A DNA stretch of 24,000 nt, taken from NCBI RefSeq assembly GCF_003259155.1, contig NZ_QGMQ01000002.1:98925-122924 (forward strand), written 5' to 3'. The notes under the pieces were generated by a model. That model made no database searches. It saw only the letters and a program-made list of their open reading frames with translations, and was not told the DNA's origin. The stretch comes from Marinimicrobium alkaliphilum (GTDB lineage Bacteria; Pseudomonadota; Gammaproteobacteria; Pseudomonadales; Cellvibrionaceae). Positions 6,302 through 14,397 of the stretch are shown here, one piece after another. The translations under genes and the position numbers were made by a program. How positions within the stretch are numbered: the stretch's first letter is position 1; every line of letters begins with the position of its first letter.

Positions 6302-8602
6302 ATGTCAAACCAAAACACAGCGGTAGAGCTGATCAAGAAGTTTCAGCAGCTCTTTACTGATCTGAACCACAAGCAGATCGCCGAGCGGCTGGTAAAAATG
6401 GTCGCTGTCAAAAGTGCCGTCAGTCGAGCGGTGCTGGTGGTCGAGCGCGACAGCCGCCTCTACGTTGAAGCAGTGGCCAGTAAACGCGACGAACAAATTC
6501 AGGTCAGTGCCCTGGCTACGCCCCTCAAGAAGATAAATGGTCTCCCCCACGAGGCGATTACCAACGCCTTCGTATCCGGACAAATCAGCTCCCTTAGCGC
6601 CGAATCCATCCGTGCTCACGGCACCCATTCCGCACAGCCTGGCGTTGCCGGGGCTTATCTTTATCCTGTGCTGGAGCGCGGCAAGCCCATGGCCGTGTAC
6701 TACATCGAAACCGAGCAGAGCCTCGCGCACCTGAGTCGCGCGGTGAGTGAGCTGGATACGGTCTGGACCTTCAGCTCACTCTTGATCCGACAAGTGATTG
6801 AGATGTGGCGCCACGATGAACAGGCCGAGCGCTTCCGTCTGGCTGAACAGGCGCTGTGGGCCAGTGAAACCTATCTGAATGCGATTTTGCACCACTCGCC
6901 GGCGCTGATTTCGGTGAAAGACCTGGACGGCAATGTGGTGCTTGCGAGCGAGCACTACAAGGAGCTGGCCCAGGTAGACGAGGCCGGGTTCGTCGGTAAA
7001 AACGTGTTCGATATCTACCCGGCGGATATTGCGCAGCAGTTGTGGGATATCGACCTGGCGACCCGGGAGAAGGATCGACCCCAGGAAACCGAGCTGGAGC
7101 TGATGCACAAGGACGGCAGTCTGCATACCTACTTGATGGTAAAATTTCCACTGCGCAACCAGCTCAACGAAATTTTTGGTGTGTGTACCATCTGTACGGA
7201 CATCTCCGAGCGTAAGCTCGCGGAAAATGCCCTGCGAGAACAGCAGTCGCGGCTCAACTATCTGGCCTTCCACGACTCGCTCACCGCCCTTCCCAACCGC
7301 TCCCTGTTTTACGATCGCATCTACCACAGCCTGAGTCGCGCGCGCCGCAGCAACAGTAAAGTGGCGGTGATGCTGCTGGATATCGACCGGTTCAAGAACG
7401 TCAACGACAGCCTCGGCCACGATGCCGGGGATTTGATGTTGAAGGCCATTGCCGTGCGCCTGAAGGAGAGTGTGCGCGACATGGATACGGTGGCGCGCCT
7501 GGGGGGCGATGAATTTGTGGTCGTGCTCGAAGGTGTGCACGATATGGACGATGTGATTTTTGTGGCCAACAAGATTCTGGCCATGGTCACCAAACCCATT
7601 GATATTTACGGTCACGATATCACTACCACCGCCAGTATCGGCGTGAGTGTATTCCCTGAGCACGGCGACGATGCCGATGATCTTTTGAAGAACGCCGACA
7701 TCGCCATGTACAAGGCCAAAGAGGCGGGCAAAAATACCTGCCAGTTCTACGCCAGTGGTATGAGCGCCTCGGCGGTGAATTACCTGTTGCTGGAAAATGA
7801 TTTGCGCCGGGCCTTGGAGCAGAATCAGCTGATTTTGTACTATCAGCCCCAAGTGGATATGCGCACCGGTGAGTTGGTGGGGGTGGAGGCGCTGGTGCGC
7901 TGGAAGCACCCCGAGCGCGGCCTGATTTCGCCAGCGCACTTTATTCCGTTGGCAGAAGAAACCGGCTTGATTGTGCCACTCGGCGAATGGGTTCTCTATC
8001 AGGCTTGTCTGCAGCGCAAGTGCTGGCTCGACCGTGGTATGCAGGTGGGACGGATTGCGGTCAACCTGTCGCCACGGCAGTTCCGACAGCGCAACTTCCC
8101 GGGCAAGGTTGATCAGATACTGATGAGTGTCGGCCTGCCGGCCGAGCTGCTGGAGCTGGAAATTACCGAAAACTGCGCCATGGAGCACGCTGGGGAGACC
8201 ATCAACCAGTTGCACCAACTGCATCGCATGGGGCTGTGCCTGGCCATCGACGATTTTGGTACCGGTTATTCATCACTCTCGTACTTGCGCCGCTTCCCGA
8301 TTCAGCGCCTGAAAATCGACAGCAGTTTTATTCGCGATATCGAGGGGATCGAGTCGGACGGTGCGATCGCCCGCTCCATTATCGATCTGGCGCGCAATAT
8401 GCACCTCAATGTGGTCGCCGAAGGGGTTGAAAACCCCGGTCAAGCGGCCTGGCTCCAGGCCGAAGGTTGCGACCAAGGGCAGGGCTTCCTCTATTCCCAA
8501 CCCCTCTCGGCCGAGCAGCTCGAAGGCCACTTTGTGCGCGGCAAGTTTGCCCACGACGCCAATGTCATCTCACTGAAGCGTATCGCCAGCGCGGCCTCCT
8601 GA
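6302..8602 (+). CDS. multidomain c-di-GMP signalling protein: N-terminal GAF-like sensor, PAS, GGDEF, EAL
   Basis: The ORF opens at TTG 6263, with in-frame ATGs at 6269 and 6302 (MSNQNTAVELIKK); the start is uncertain. The PAS region reads WASETYLNAILHHSPALISVKDLDGNVV. The GGDEF domain has RLGGDEFVVV and an RxxD I-site (RDMD) five residues upstream. The EAL domain has EALVRW, VNLSP, ELEITE, DDFGTGYSSLSYL, KID, EGVE and QGF. Confidence 0.85.
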   Translation: MSNQNTAVELIKKFQQLFTDLNHKQIAERLVKMVAVKSAVSRAVLVVERDSRLYVEAVASKRDEQIQVSALATPLKKINGLPHEAITNAFVSGQISSLSAESIRAHGTHSAQPGVAGAYLYPVLERGKPMAVYYIETEQSLAHLSRAVSELDTVWTFSSLLIRQVIEMWRHDEQAERFRLAEQALWASETYLNAILHHSPALISVKDLDGNVVLASEHYKELAQVDEAGFVGKNVFDIYPADIAQQLWDIDLATREKDRPQETELELMHKDGSLHTYLMVKFPLRNQLNEIFGVCTICTDISERKLAENALREQQSRLNYLAFHDSLTALPNRSLFYDRIYHSLSRARRSNSKVAVMLLDIDRFKNVNDSLGHDAGDLMLKAIAVRLKESVRDMDTVARLGGDEFVVVLEGVHDMDDVIFVANKILAMVTKPIDIYGHDITTTASIGVSVFPEHGDDADDLLKNADIAMYKAKEAGKNTCQFYASGMSASAVNYLLLENDLRRALEQNQLILYYQPQVDMRTGELVGVEALVRWKHPERGLISPAHFIPLAEETGLIVPLGEWVLYQACLQRKCWLDRGMQVGRIAVNLSPRQFRQRNFPGKVDQILMSVGLPAELLELEITENCAMEHAGETINQLHQLHRMGLCLAIDDFGTGYSSLSYLRRFPIQRLKIDSSFIRDIEGIESDGAIARSIIDLARNMHLNVVAEGVENPGQAAWLQAEGCDQGQGFLYSQPLSAEQLEGHFVRGKFAHDANVISLKRIASAAS

Positions 8603-8624
8603 TTACCCCCAGCTCCCGCTAACG

Positions 8625-9695
8625 CTATTCCTCGTTTTCCAATGAATCGTCCTGTCCGATAAAGAAGGGTGGATCGTCGCTGGTCAGTGTGTCTTGAAGA
8701 TCGGCCAACTGGCTGGCCACTTGGCGGGTCTGGCGCTTGAAGCGTGCCAGGTGGAAGAGTGCCTCACCCTCATGGGCCAGGGGCAGGTTGTTGGCGCCGA
8801 TCACAATGGCCTCATCCGGGGCGGTAATCGGGGTTTCATTGAGTCCGGTGGGGTCGGCAATGTAGCCGAGCACTTCACCGCGCTTGACCCGGTCGCCGAG
8901 CGCGATGCGGGTGCGCATCACGCCACTGGCGGGGGCGCGCACCCAACGGCTATCGTCGGCCACCACCGGGTTGTGGACTTTCTGGGCTTTCTTGCGGCTC
9001 GGCAGCATGCCCAGCTCGCGCATCACGTTGACAATCCCCCGGGTGCCGGCACGGATACACAGCTCGTCAAAACGCAACGCCTCGCCCGCTTCGTACAGCA
9101 ACAAGGGAATGCCCAGTTCCCCAGCCGCCGCGCGCAGCGAGCCGTCGCGCAGTTTGGCGTCGAGCACCACCGGGACATCGAAGGCCATGGCCAGGTCGTG
9201 GGTAATCGGATCGCTCAGATCGGCGCGGATTTGGGGCAGGTTGCTGCGGTGACGGGCACCTGTGTGCAGGTCAATGCCGTGGGTGCATTGGCGCAGGATC
9301 TCCTCCACAAACCGGTGCGCGACGCGCCCCGCCAGTGAGCCCCGGTCGCTGCCGGGAAAACTGCGGTTGAGATCGCGGCCGTCGGGCAGGTAGCGGGACT
9401 GGTTCAGAAAGCCGTGAACATTGACCACCGGGATAGCGATCAGGGCGCCGCGCAGCTGATTGATCTGTTTGTAGTTGAGCAGTCGGCGAATGATATCGAT
9501 GCCGTTGAGCTCGTCGCCGTGAACCGCCGCACACACGAACAGGTGCGGGCCGGGGCGCTTGCCATTGATAACGTGTACGGTCAGTTCCACGTCCGTGTGG
9601 GTGTACATGGCAGCCAGGGGAATGTCTACCGAGGTCCGCTCTCCCGGGGCGATATCAATCCCCCCGATGTGCAGGGTTTTATTTTTTGGGCGCAT
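8625..9695 (-). CDS. succinylglutamate desuccinylase/aspartoacylase (AstE/ASPA) family zinc hydrolase, third gene of the rimK operon
   Basis: It shows the family's zinc-ligand pattern, H-x-x-E in LFVCAAVHGDELNG and a downstream His in GIDLHTGA. The C-terminal beta domain reads VRAPASGVMRTRIALGDRVKRGEVLGYI. It starts 24 bp after the rimK stop on the same strand. Confidence 0.8.
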   Translation of the reverse strand: MRPKNKTLHIGGIDIAPGERTSVDIPLAAMYTHTDVELTVHVINGKRPGPHLFVCAAVHGDELNGIDIIRRLLNYKQINQLRGALIAIPVVNVHGFLNQSRYLPDGRDLNRSFPGSDRGSLAGRVAHRFVEEILRQCTHGIDLHTGARHRSNLPQIRADLSDPITHDLAMAFDVPVVLDAKLRDGSLRAAAGELGIPLLLYEAGEALRFDELCIRAGTRGIVNVMRELGMLPSRKKAQKVHNPVVADDSRWVRAPASGVMRTRIALGDRVKRGEVLGYIADPTGLNETPITAPDEAIVIGANNLPLAHEGEALFHLARFKRQTRQVASQLADLQDTLTSDDPPFFIGQDDSLENEE

Positions 9696-9719
9696 GGCGT
9701 TCGGTACCTGTCAGCGGGT

Positions 9720-10628
9720 TCAGCCTTTACCGCCGCGTGTGCGGTTCTGGTGAGGCTTGGCGTTTTCTTCAATAAACGCAATGATCGCGCTGGCAACGTC
9801 CTTGTGGGTGGCGCCCTCGATACCCTCGAGCCCCGGGGACGAGTTCACCTCCATCACCAACGGCCCGCGCGAAGAGCGCAACAGGTCAACACCGGCGAGT
9901 TGCAGGCCCATGGTCTGGGCGGCCTTGACGGCGGTGCGGCGCTCGGTCGGTGTCAATTTGACCAGTTGCGCCGAGCCGCCGCGATGCAGGTTCGAGCGGA
10001 ACTCGCCTTCCTGGGCGGTGCGTTGCATTGAGGCCACCACCTTGTTGCCGATCACCAGGCAGCGGATATCCGAGCCGCCGGCCTCTTTGATAAATTCCTG
10101 TACCAGAAACTCTGCACGTAACTCCCGAAACGCCTCGATCACGCTCTCCGCGGCCTTGACCGTCTCCGCCAGGATTACACCTCGGCCCTGGGTGCCTTCG
10201 CACAGCTTGACCACCAGAGGCGCGCCGCCCACCAGTTTGATCAGCTCCTTGGTGTTGTGCACGCGAAAGGCGAAGCTGGTCTTGGGCATGCCCACGCCTT
10301 TGCGCGACAGCAGTTGCAGCGCGCGCAGTTTATCCCGTGAGCGCCCGAGTGCGACCGATTCGGTCATACAGTAGACCCCCATCATTTCGAACTGGCGAAT
10401 GACCGCCAGGCCGTAGTGGGTGACTGAGGCGCCGATGCGCGGAATCACCGCGTCAAAGTTCTCCAGTTTATCGCCCTTGTGCCAGATGGCGGGGTGGGCG
10501 GAGGTGATATCCATGTAGCAGTCGAGAATATCAACCACGTGCATCTCGTGGCCGCGTGCTTTACCCGCCTCAATCAGGCGGCGGGTCGAGTACAGGCGGC
10601 GGTTGCGTGACAAAATAGCTATTTTCAT
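9720..10628 (-). CDS. rimK: ribosomal protein S6 (bS6) L-glutamate ligase RimK, ATP-grasp family
   Basis: [33 protein letters not shown]...[17 protein letters not shown]...[19 protein letters not shown]...[10 protein letters not shown]...[26 protein letters not shown] is near-canonical RimK over its full 302-aa length. Confidence 0.92.
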   Translation of the reverse strand: MKIAILSRNRRLYSTRRLIEAGKARGHEMHVVDILDCYMDITSAHPAIWHKGDKLENFDAVIPRIGASVTHYGLAVIRQFEMMGVYCMTESVALGRSRDKLRALQLLSRKGVGMPKTSFAFRVHNTKELIKLVGGAPLVVKLCEGTQGRGVILAETVKAAESVIEAFRELRAEFLVQEFIKEAGGSDIRCLVIGNKVVASMQRTAQEGEFRSNLHRGGSAQLVKLTPTERRTAVKAAQTMGLQLAGVDLLRSSRGPLVMEVNSSPGLEGIEGATHKDVASAIIAFIEENAKPHQNRTRGGKG

Positions 10629-10637
10629 AACGCTCTC

Positions 10638-11105
10638 TTAATTAGGGGGTTGGGTTTTGGTGCCACCGAGCACAAACGACTGCTCGCTATCGACCAGGTA
10701 CTCACCACTCAGCGCGGTGCGCCCGAGCAGCATCCGAAAGCGCATGGTCTCGCGGTCGGTCAGCGTGACCTCGGCGGAAAACTGCCTGTCGCCGACTTGC
10801 AGCACGGTCTCAATCACATAGCGCTGCTCGCTGTGACCGCCGGAGTCTGTGACTTTACGCTGATCCTTGATTTTGGCTTCGCAGGTCAGCGCGTAGTCGA
10901 TATTGTCCTGGCGTGGGTGCAGGCCAAAGCGTACCCAGCGTTCGCCTTCGCGCTCGAAGGGTTCGACAAAATAGGCGTGTAGGGCACTGGTGCGTGCGCC
11001 GGTGTCTACCTTGGCTTTGATCACCGGCGTATCGCCGGAACTCTCGATAGCTGGCAGGCTGACCCATTCTCGCCAGCCCACGACCGGTCGTGATTCTGCA
11101 GTCAC
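10638..11105 (-). CDS. RimB-like retropepsin-fold protein (family often annotated as ATP-dependent zinc protease, DUF785)
   Basis: It is 155 aa and carries the aspartic-protease style motif KAKVDTGARTSALHA (D-T-G-A). It ends 9 bp upstream of the rimK start on the same strand, the position RimB holds in Pseudomonas rimABK. Confidence 0.8.
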   Translation of the reverse strand: MTAESRPVVGWREWVSLPAIESSGDTPVIKAKVDTGARTSALHAYFVEPFEREGERWVRFGLHPRQDNIDYALTCEAKIKDQRKVTDSGGHSEQRYVIETVLQVGDRQFSAEVTLTDRETMRFRMLLGRTALSGEYLVDSEQSFVLGGTKTQPPN

Positions 11106-11322
11106 AGCTGTCCCTCAGTTTGTGGCTTCGATGGCTAGTTTACCTGTTAAGTGTGGCTCGGTGGCGAGAAAAGTCCAGTGAACGATAAAAGTTGTTGTCT
11201 GGGCGGTGCCTGGCGGTTGCGTCAAAAACCCTTGTGATGACGACAAAAATTTTTAGTTTTGCGCGCTAGATAGGCTGTGGTAAATAGCAACCTGATGTGT
11301 GGCTTGCCAGAGGAGCGCCCGT

Positions 11323-11508
11323 ATGTCGGTAACCGATGATGATCTGTTGGATATGGATGATGCTCAGGAAGAGGAAACCACTCGCTTGACTGGCCGGGAG
11401 GCCAATCAGTTCGTGCTGGAGATGCGCCGTAAAATCGAAGACCGGCTCGAGCGTCGTCGCTTGCGCGATCAGCTCGGCTGCGACGACCTTTGGGAACTGG
11501 ACTGCTAG
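11323..11508 (+). CDS. small acidic hypothetical protein (61 aa); resembles the PA3496-type small proteins from memory, unverified
   Basis: ATG 11323 is preceded by GAGGAG at 11310-11315 (7-nt spacing). It reads MSVTDDDLLDMDDAQEEETTRLTGREANQFVLEMRRKIEDRLERRRLRDQLGCDDLWELDC: an acidic N-terminus, then a charged helix with the RRKIEDRLERRRLR motif. The 11299 start in the ORF track lacks an SD. Confidence 0.55.
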   Translation: MSVTDDDLLDMDDAQEEETTRLTGREANQFVLEMRRKIEDRLERRRLRDQLGCDDLWELDC

Positions 11509-12341
11509 GTCAGTGCCTTTGCCAGCAGGGCCGCCAGGCCCTGCTTAACACTCAGATCCTTCCCCGCCCGGCCATAGCAGGCATACAGGGTGCGCTGGAA
11601 CACGGGCGCATCAAGTACCGGATACACCGCCGCCTCCGCCTCGATCAATGCCGCCGGCAGGTAGGCACACAGACGTTGTTCGCGCACCAGGGTCAAGGCC
11701 ACATCGAGATTGTTGGTGAACAGCCGGGCATCCTGCTCGCCCAGCTTGCGGGCTTGAAATTGGTCGAAGGCCGCCCCCCAGTCCACCGCCAGATAACCGC
11801 GGGCAAGGGCTTGTTCACGCCCGAGGCTGGGCTCTCCGGTGGCCAACTGTAGTGGCCAGGGGCACAGTTTGGTACCGGTCAGCTCAGCGCTGCGCGGCAG
11901 CTCGTCCAAAATCACGATATCCAATTGTTGGGCATTGAGGCGCTCAATCAGCTCCTGGCTTTGGTGGGCCTCGGCACGCAGGCGCAGCGTCGGCTGATCA
12001 GCGCTCAGGGCGGCCAATGGTCCGCTCAGGGCCAAGCGCCAGATCGCGGGCGCTGCGCCCAGGGCGATGGCGGACGGTTGCTGCTGACCGAGCGCGACGG
12101 CCTGGCGCGCTTCCTGCCAGGCCGTCACCAGTTGCTGAGCGTGAGGCAGGAGCCGCTCGCCTTCCTCGGTCATCTGGATATTGCCTCTGATGCGGTGCAG
12201 CAGTCTGACGCCGAGGCTTTGTTCGAGCTGGCGAATACGTGCGCTGACCGCCGCCGGGGTCAGAAACAGGTGGTCGGCCGCACGTCCAAAGTGGCGTGTG
12301 CGGGTGACCTCGATAAAGGTTTTGAACAGTTCGATATCCAC
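11505..12341 (-). CDS. LysR family transcriptional regulator
   Basis: The N-terminal wHTH reads (GTG)DIELFKTFIEVTRTRHFGRAADHLFLTPAAVSARIRQLEQSLGVRLLHR, followed by a ~200-aa co-inducer domain. The GTG start at 12341 lies 2 nt after the stop of the upstream beta-barrel gene. Confidence 0.9.
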   Translation of the reverse strand: MDIELFKTFIEVTRTRHFGRAADHLFLTPAAVSARIRQLEQSLGVRLLHRIRGNIQMTEEGERLLPHAQQLVTAWQEARQAVALGQQQPSAIALGAAPAIWRLALSGPLAALSADQPTLRLRAEAHQSQELIERLNAQQLDIVILDELPRSAELTGTKLCPWPLQLATGEPSLGREQALARGYLAVDWGAAFDQFQARKLGEQDARLFTNNLDVALTLVREQRLCAYLPAALIEAEAAVYPVLDAPVFQRTLYACYGRAGKDLSVKQGLAALLAKALT

Positions 12342-12343
12342 GG

Positions 12344-13075
12344 CTAAAAGCGGTAGTGACTGTGCAGACTGAGCCGGTTGCCCCGAGGGGTGTCGGCAAA
12401 GGCGAGGGCGACATTGAGGCCCGGGCGCACGTAGCGGCCGGTGCGCAGGGTGATCTCGTCGCCCCAGAAGGTGTTGGCGTACTCGGCGCCGATGTGGGTA
12501 TCCCGATCCAGGTAAAAGTCCGCTCCGAGGTAGTGTTTGGCGCGTGCCTGTTGCTCGAAGTACCGGCCGCTGGGCGCATCGGTGTCGAGCACTCCCGCGT
12601 CCAGATGCACAAAATGTCCCGCGCCCAGGTCGAGCAGATAGCGCAGTTGCAGGTTGGCGTCGTAGCCATCGTCATTGAGGGTAGTGGTGATACGCAGGTG
12701 CTCCAGAGGCATAACGCCCACCTGGGCAATCCAGCCGCTGTCGGTGCCGGCGCCGGTACGATCGTTGATCAGGGCGGCGCGCGCGTAGAACTGGGTGTCT
12801 GGCACGTAAAATTCAAGGCCCGCGAGCACCCGGTCGAGATCCTCTTCGGCGCGGGCAAAGAGGTTGCTGGCGCGGGCGGTATAGCTCGCTTGCGCGCGCG
12901 GGTAACGGTGGCCCGGGTTGACCGGGGCAAAATGGTGCACAGCGTAGGCATCAAGGGAGTTGGTGGTGTCGTTGCGGATGTTGAGCTGGGCGCCGACCTC
13001 GGTTTGATAGCTGCTGGCAAGGGCGCCAGGTACCCACCCGACGACGAGGGTGGCGGCCAGAAGGGTAGCACGCAT
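12344..13075 (-). CDS. outer-membrane beta-barrel protein (putative small porin), function unknown
   Basis: It has a signal peptide, MRATLLAATLVVGWVPGALA/SS. Alternating hydrophobic/polar beta-strand patterns and many aromatic girdle residues follow. The C-terminus is ...LSLHSHYRF, the terminal Phe typical of BAM substrates. GGGAGA lies 6 nt upstream of the ATG. Confidence 0.65.
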   Translation of the reverse strand: MRATLLAATLVVGWVPGALASSYQTEVGAQLNIRNDTTNSLDAYAVHHFAPVNPGHRYPRAQASYTARASNLFARAEEDLDRVLAGLEFYVPDTQFYARAALINDRTGAGTDSGWIAQVGVMPLEHLRITTTLNDDGYDANLQLRYLLDLGAGHFVHLDAGVLDTDAPSGRYFEQQARAKHYLGADFYLDRDTHIGAEYANTFWGDEITLRTGRYVRPGLNVALAFADTPRGNRLSLHSHYRF

Positions 13076-13169
13076 TGAGAGGTCTCCCGAACAGTACCAG
13101 TGAGCGAAGCGCTCAATTTCTCCCGGCTATTGTAGAGGATTGCGCGCTAACTGCCAGCATCTCGCGTTT

Positions 13170-13991
13170 TCAGCCTACCAGTCCGCGGCATCGGCAGGCA
13201 AAGCGCTCGCCATCGTCCAGACGCAGTGCGGTCAACTCGCCGCCCCAAACGCAGCCGGTGTCCAGTGCCACGACGTTGCTCGCATCAGTGCGACCCTCAA
13301 GGGCGGCCCAGTGGCCGAAGAGAATGCGCTGGTCGCGGCAGCGATGGTTGGCGTGCGCAAACCAGGGTTTGTAGCCCTGGGGGTGTTTACCCGGTGCAGT
13401 TTTGGTTTCCAGATCCAGGTGTCCCTCGGCGGAGCAAAAGCGCATGCGTGTGAAGTAGTTGGTGATCACGCGCAGGCGATCATTGCCGGTGAGATCGTCA
13501 GACCAGATGGCCGGGTTGTTGCCGTACATGGCCGCGAGAAAGCCCTCGAGTTGATCGCCGCGGATGACGGCTTCGACCTCGGCCGCCCGGGCCAGCGCCT
13601 GGGCCAGGTCCCACTGGGGCGGAATACCGGCGTGAACCATGGTGTATTGCAACTCAGGGTCGTGATGTACCAGTTTAAGCTGGCGCAACCAGTGCAGTAT
13701 GTCGTCGCGCTCCGGCGCGTCCAGAATCTCCGTCAGGGTGTCTTTGCGGTTGGGTTTCTTGAACCCGTAAGCCACGGCCAGAAAGTGCAGGTCGTGATTG
13801 CCGTGCACCGCGACCACGCTCTCACCCAGTTCCATGAGCAGGCGCAGGGTATCGAGCGATCCCGGGCCGCGGTTGATCAGGTCGCCCGCCACCCAAAGGG
13901 TATCCACCGAGGGATCGAAGCGGACTTTGTCGAGCAGCTTTGTCAGCGGCAGGTAGCAGCCCTGAATGTCGCCGACGGCGTAGGTGCTCAT
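13170..13991 (-). CDS. apaH: bis(5'-nucleosyl)-tetraphosphatase, symmetrical (Ap4A hydrolase)
   Basis: MSTYAVGDIQGCY...WVAGDLINRGP...VHGNHDLH are the metallophosphoesterase motifs of ApaH. I chose ATG 13991 rather than the ORF-track start at 14060, which would overlap apaG by 53 bp. Confidence 0.92.
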   Translation of the reverse strand: MSTYAVGDIQGCYLPLTKLLDKVRFDPSVDTLWVAGDLINRGPGSLDTLRLLMELGESVVAVHGNHDLHFLAVAYGFKKPNRKDTLTEILDAPERDDILHWLRQLKLVHHDPELQYTMVHAGIPPQWDLAQALARAAEVEAVIRGDQLEGFLAAMYGNNPAIWSDDLTGNDRLRVITNYFTRMRFCSAEGHLDLETKTAPGKHPQGYKPWFAHANHRCRDQRILFGHWAALEGRTDASNVVALDTGCVWGGELTALRLDDGERFACRCRGLVG

Positions 13992-14007
13992 GGGTTGACT
14001 CCGATCA

Positions 14008-14397
14008 TCAGTGGACGGCGTGCGGTGGTACCAGGGCGAAGGCGGGAATCGCCGCGTCAAAGACCCGACCGTCGTCGTCGCGCATCTGGTAGCTGCCTTG
14101 CATCAAACCCGTCTCGGTCTCCAGCACCACACCACTGGTGTAGGTGTAGTGCTCGCCGGGGGCGATATAGGGCTGTTCTCCGACCACGCCTTCGCCCATC
14201 ACCTCCTGGGTGCGCTCGGCTTCATCCTTGATGATCCAGTGGCGACTGAGTAGCTGGGCGCCGCGTGGGCCCTGGTTGCTGATGGTAATGGTGTAAGCGT
14301 AGACGTAACGTCGGGCCTCGGGTATGGATTGTCCGGGCACGTAGTCGGTGGTCACCGCAACGGCGATATCGGTAGGGGTGTCGGGATTCGGGTTCAC
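14008..14397 (-). CDS. apaG: ApaG (DUF525) protein
   Basis: YVYAYTITISNQGPRGAQLLSRHWIIKDEAERTQEVMGEGVVGEQPYIAPGEHYTYTSG is the conserved ApaG core. It sits between rsmA and apaH as in E. coli. Confidence 0.9.
   Translation of the reverse strand: MNPNPDTPTDIAVAVTTDYVPGQSIPEARRYVYAYTITISNQGPRGAQLLSRHWIIKDEAERTQEVMGEGVVGEQPYIAPGEHYTYTSGVVLETETGLMQGSYQMRDDDGRVFDAAIPAFALVPPHAVH

Noticed and set aside
6776-8224. Very long antisense ORFs opposite well-supported genes: 6776..8224 (-), 22505..23902 (-), 16280..17515 (+), 13140..14231 (+), 15251..16216 (+), 19062..20036 (+), 17901..18806 (+), 12356..13078 (+), 11998..12729 (-), 8694..9338 (+), 9414..10031 (+) and 9757..10374 (+).
   Set aside because: Each lies fully inside a gene with clear family motifs on the other strand. 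Their translations are low-complexity and Arg/Ala/Gly/Pro/His/Val-rich with no recognisable motifs. High-GC genomes generate such stop-free antisense frames routinely.
13139-13157. A sigma-54-like element on the minus strand, CTGGCAGTTAGCGCGC (GG-N10-GC), upstream of the beta-barrel gene.
   Set aside because: Only the GG and GC dinucleotides and TGGCA match. The -12 region lacks TTGC, and no enhancer-binding protein gene is present. A TACAAT sigma-70 style box nearby is an equally good explanation.
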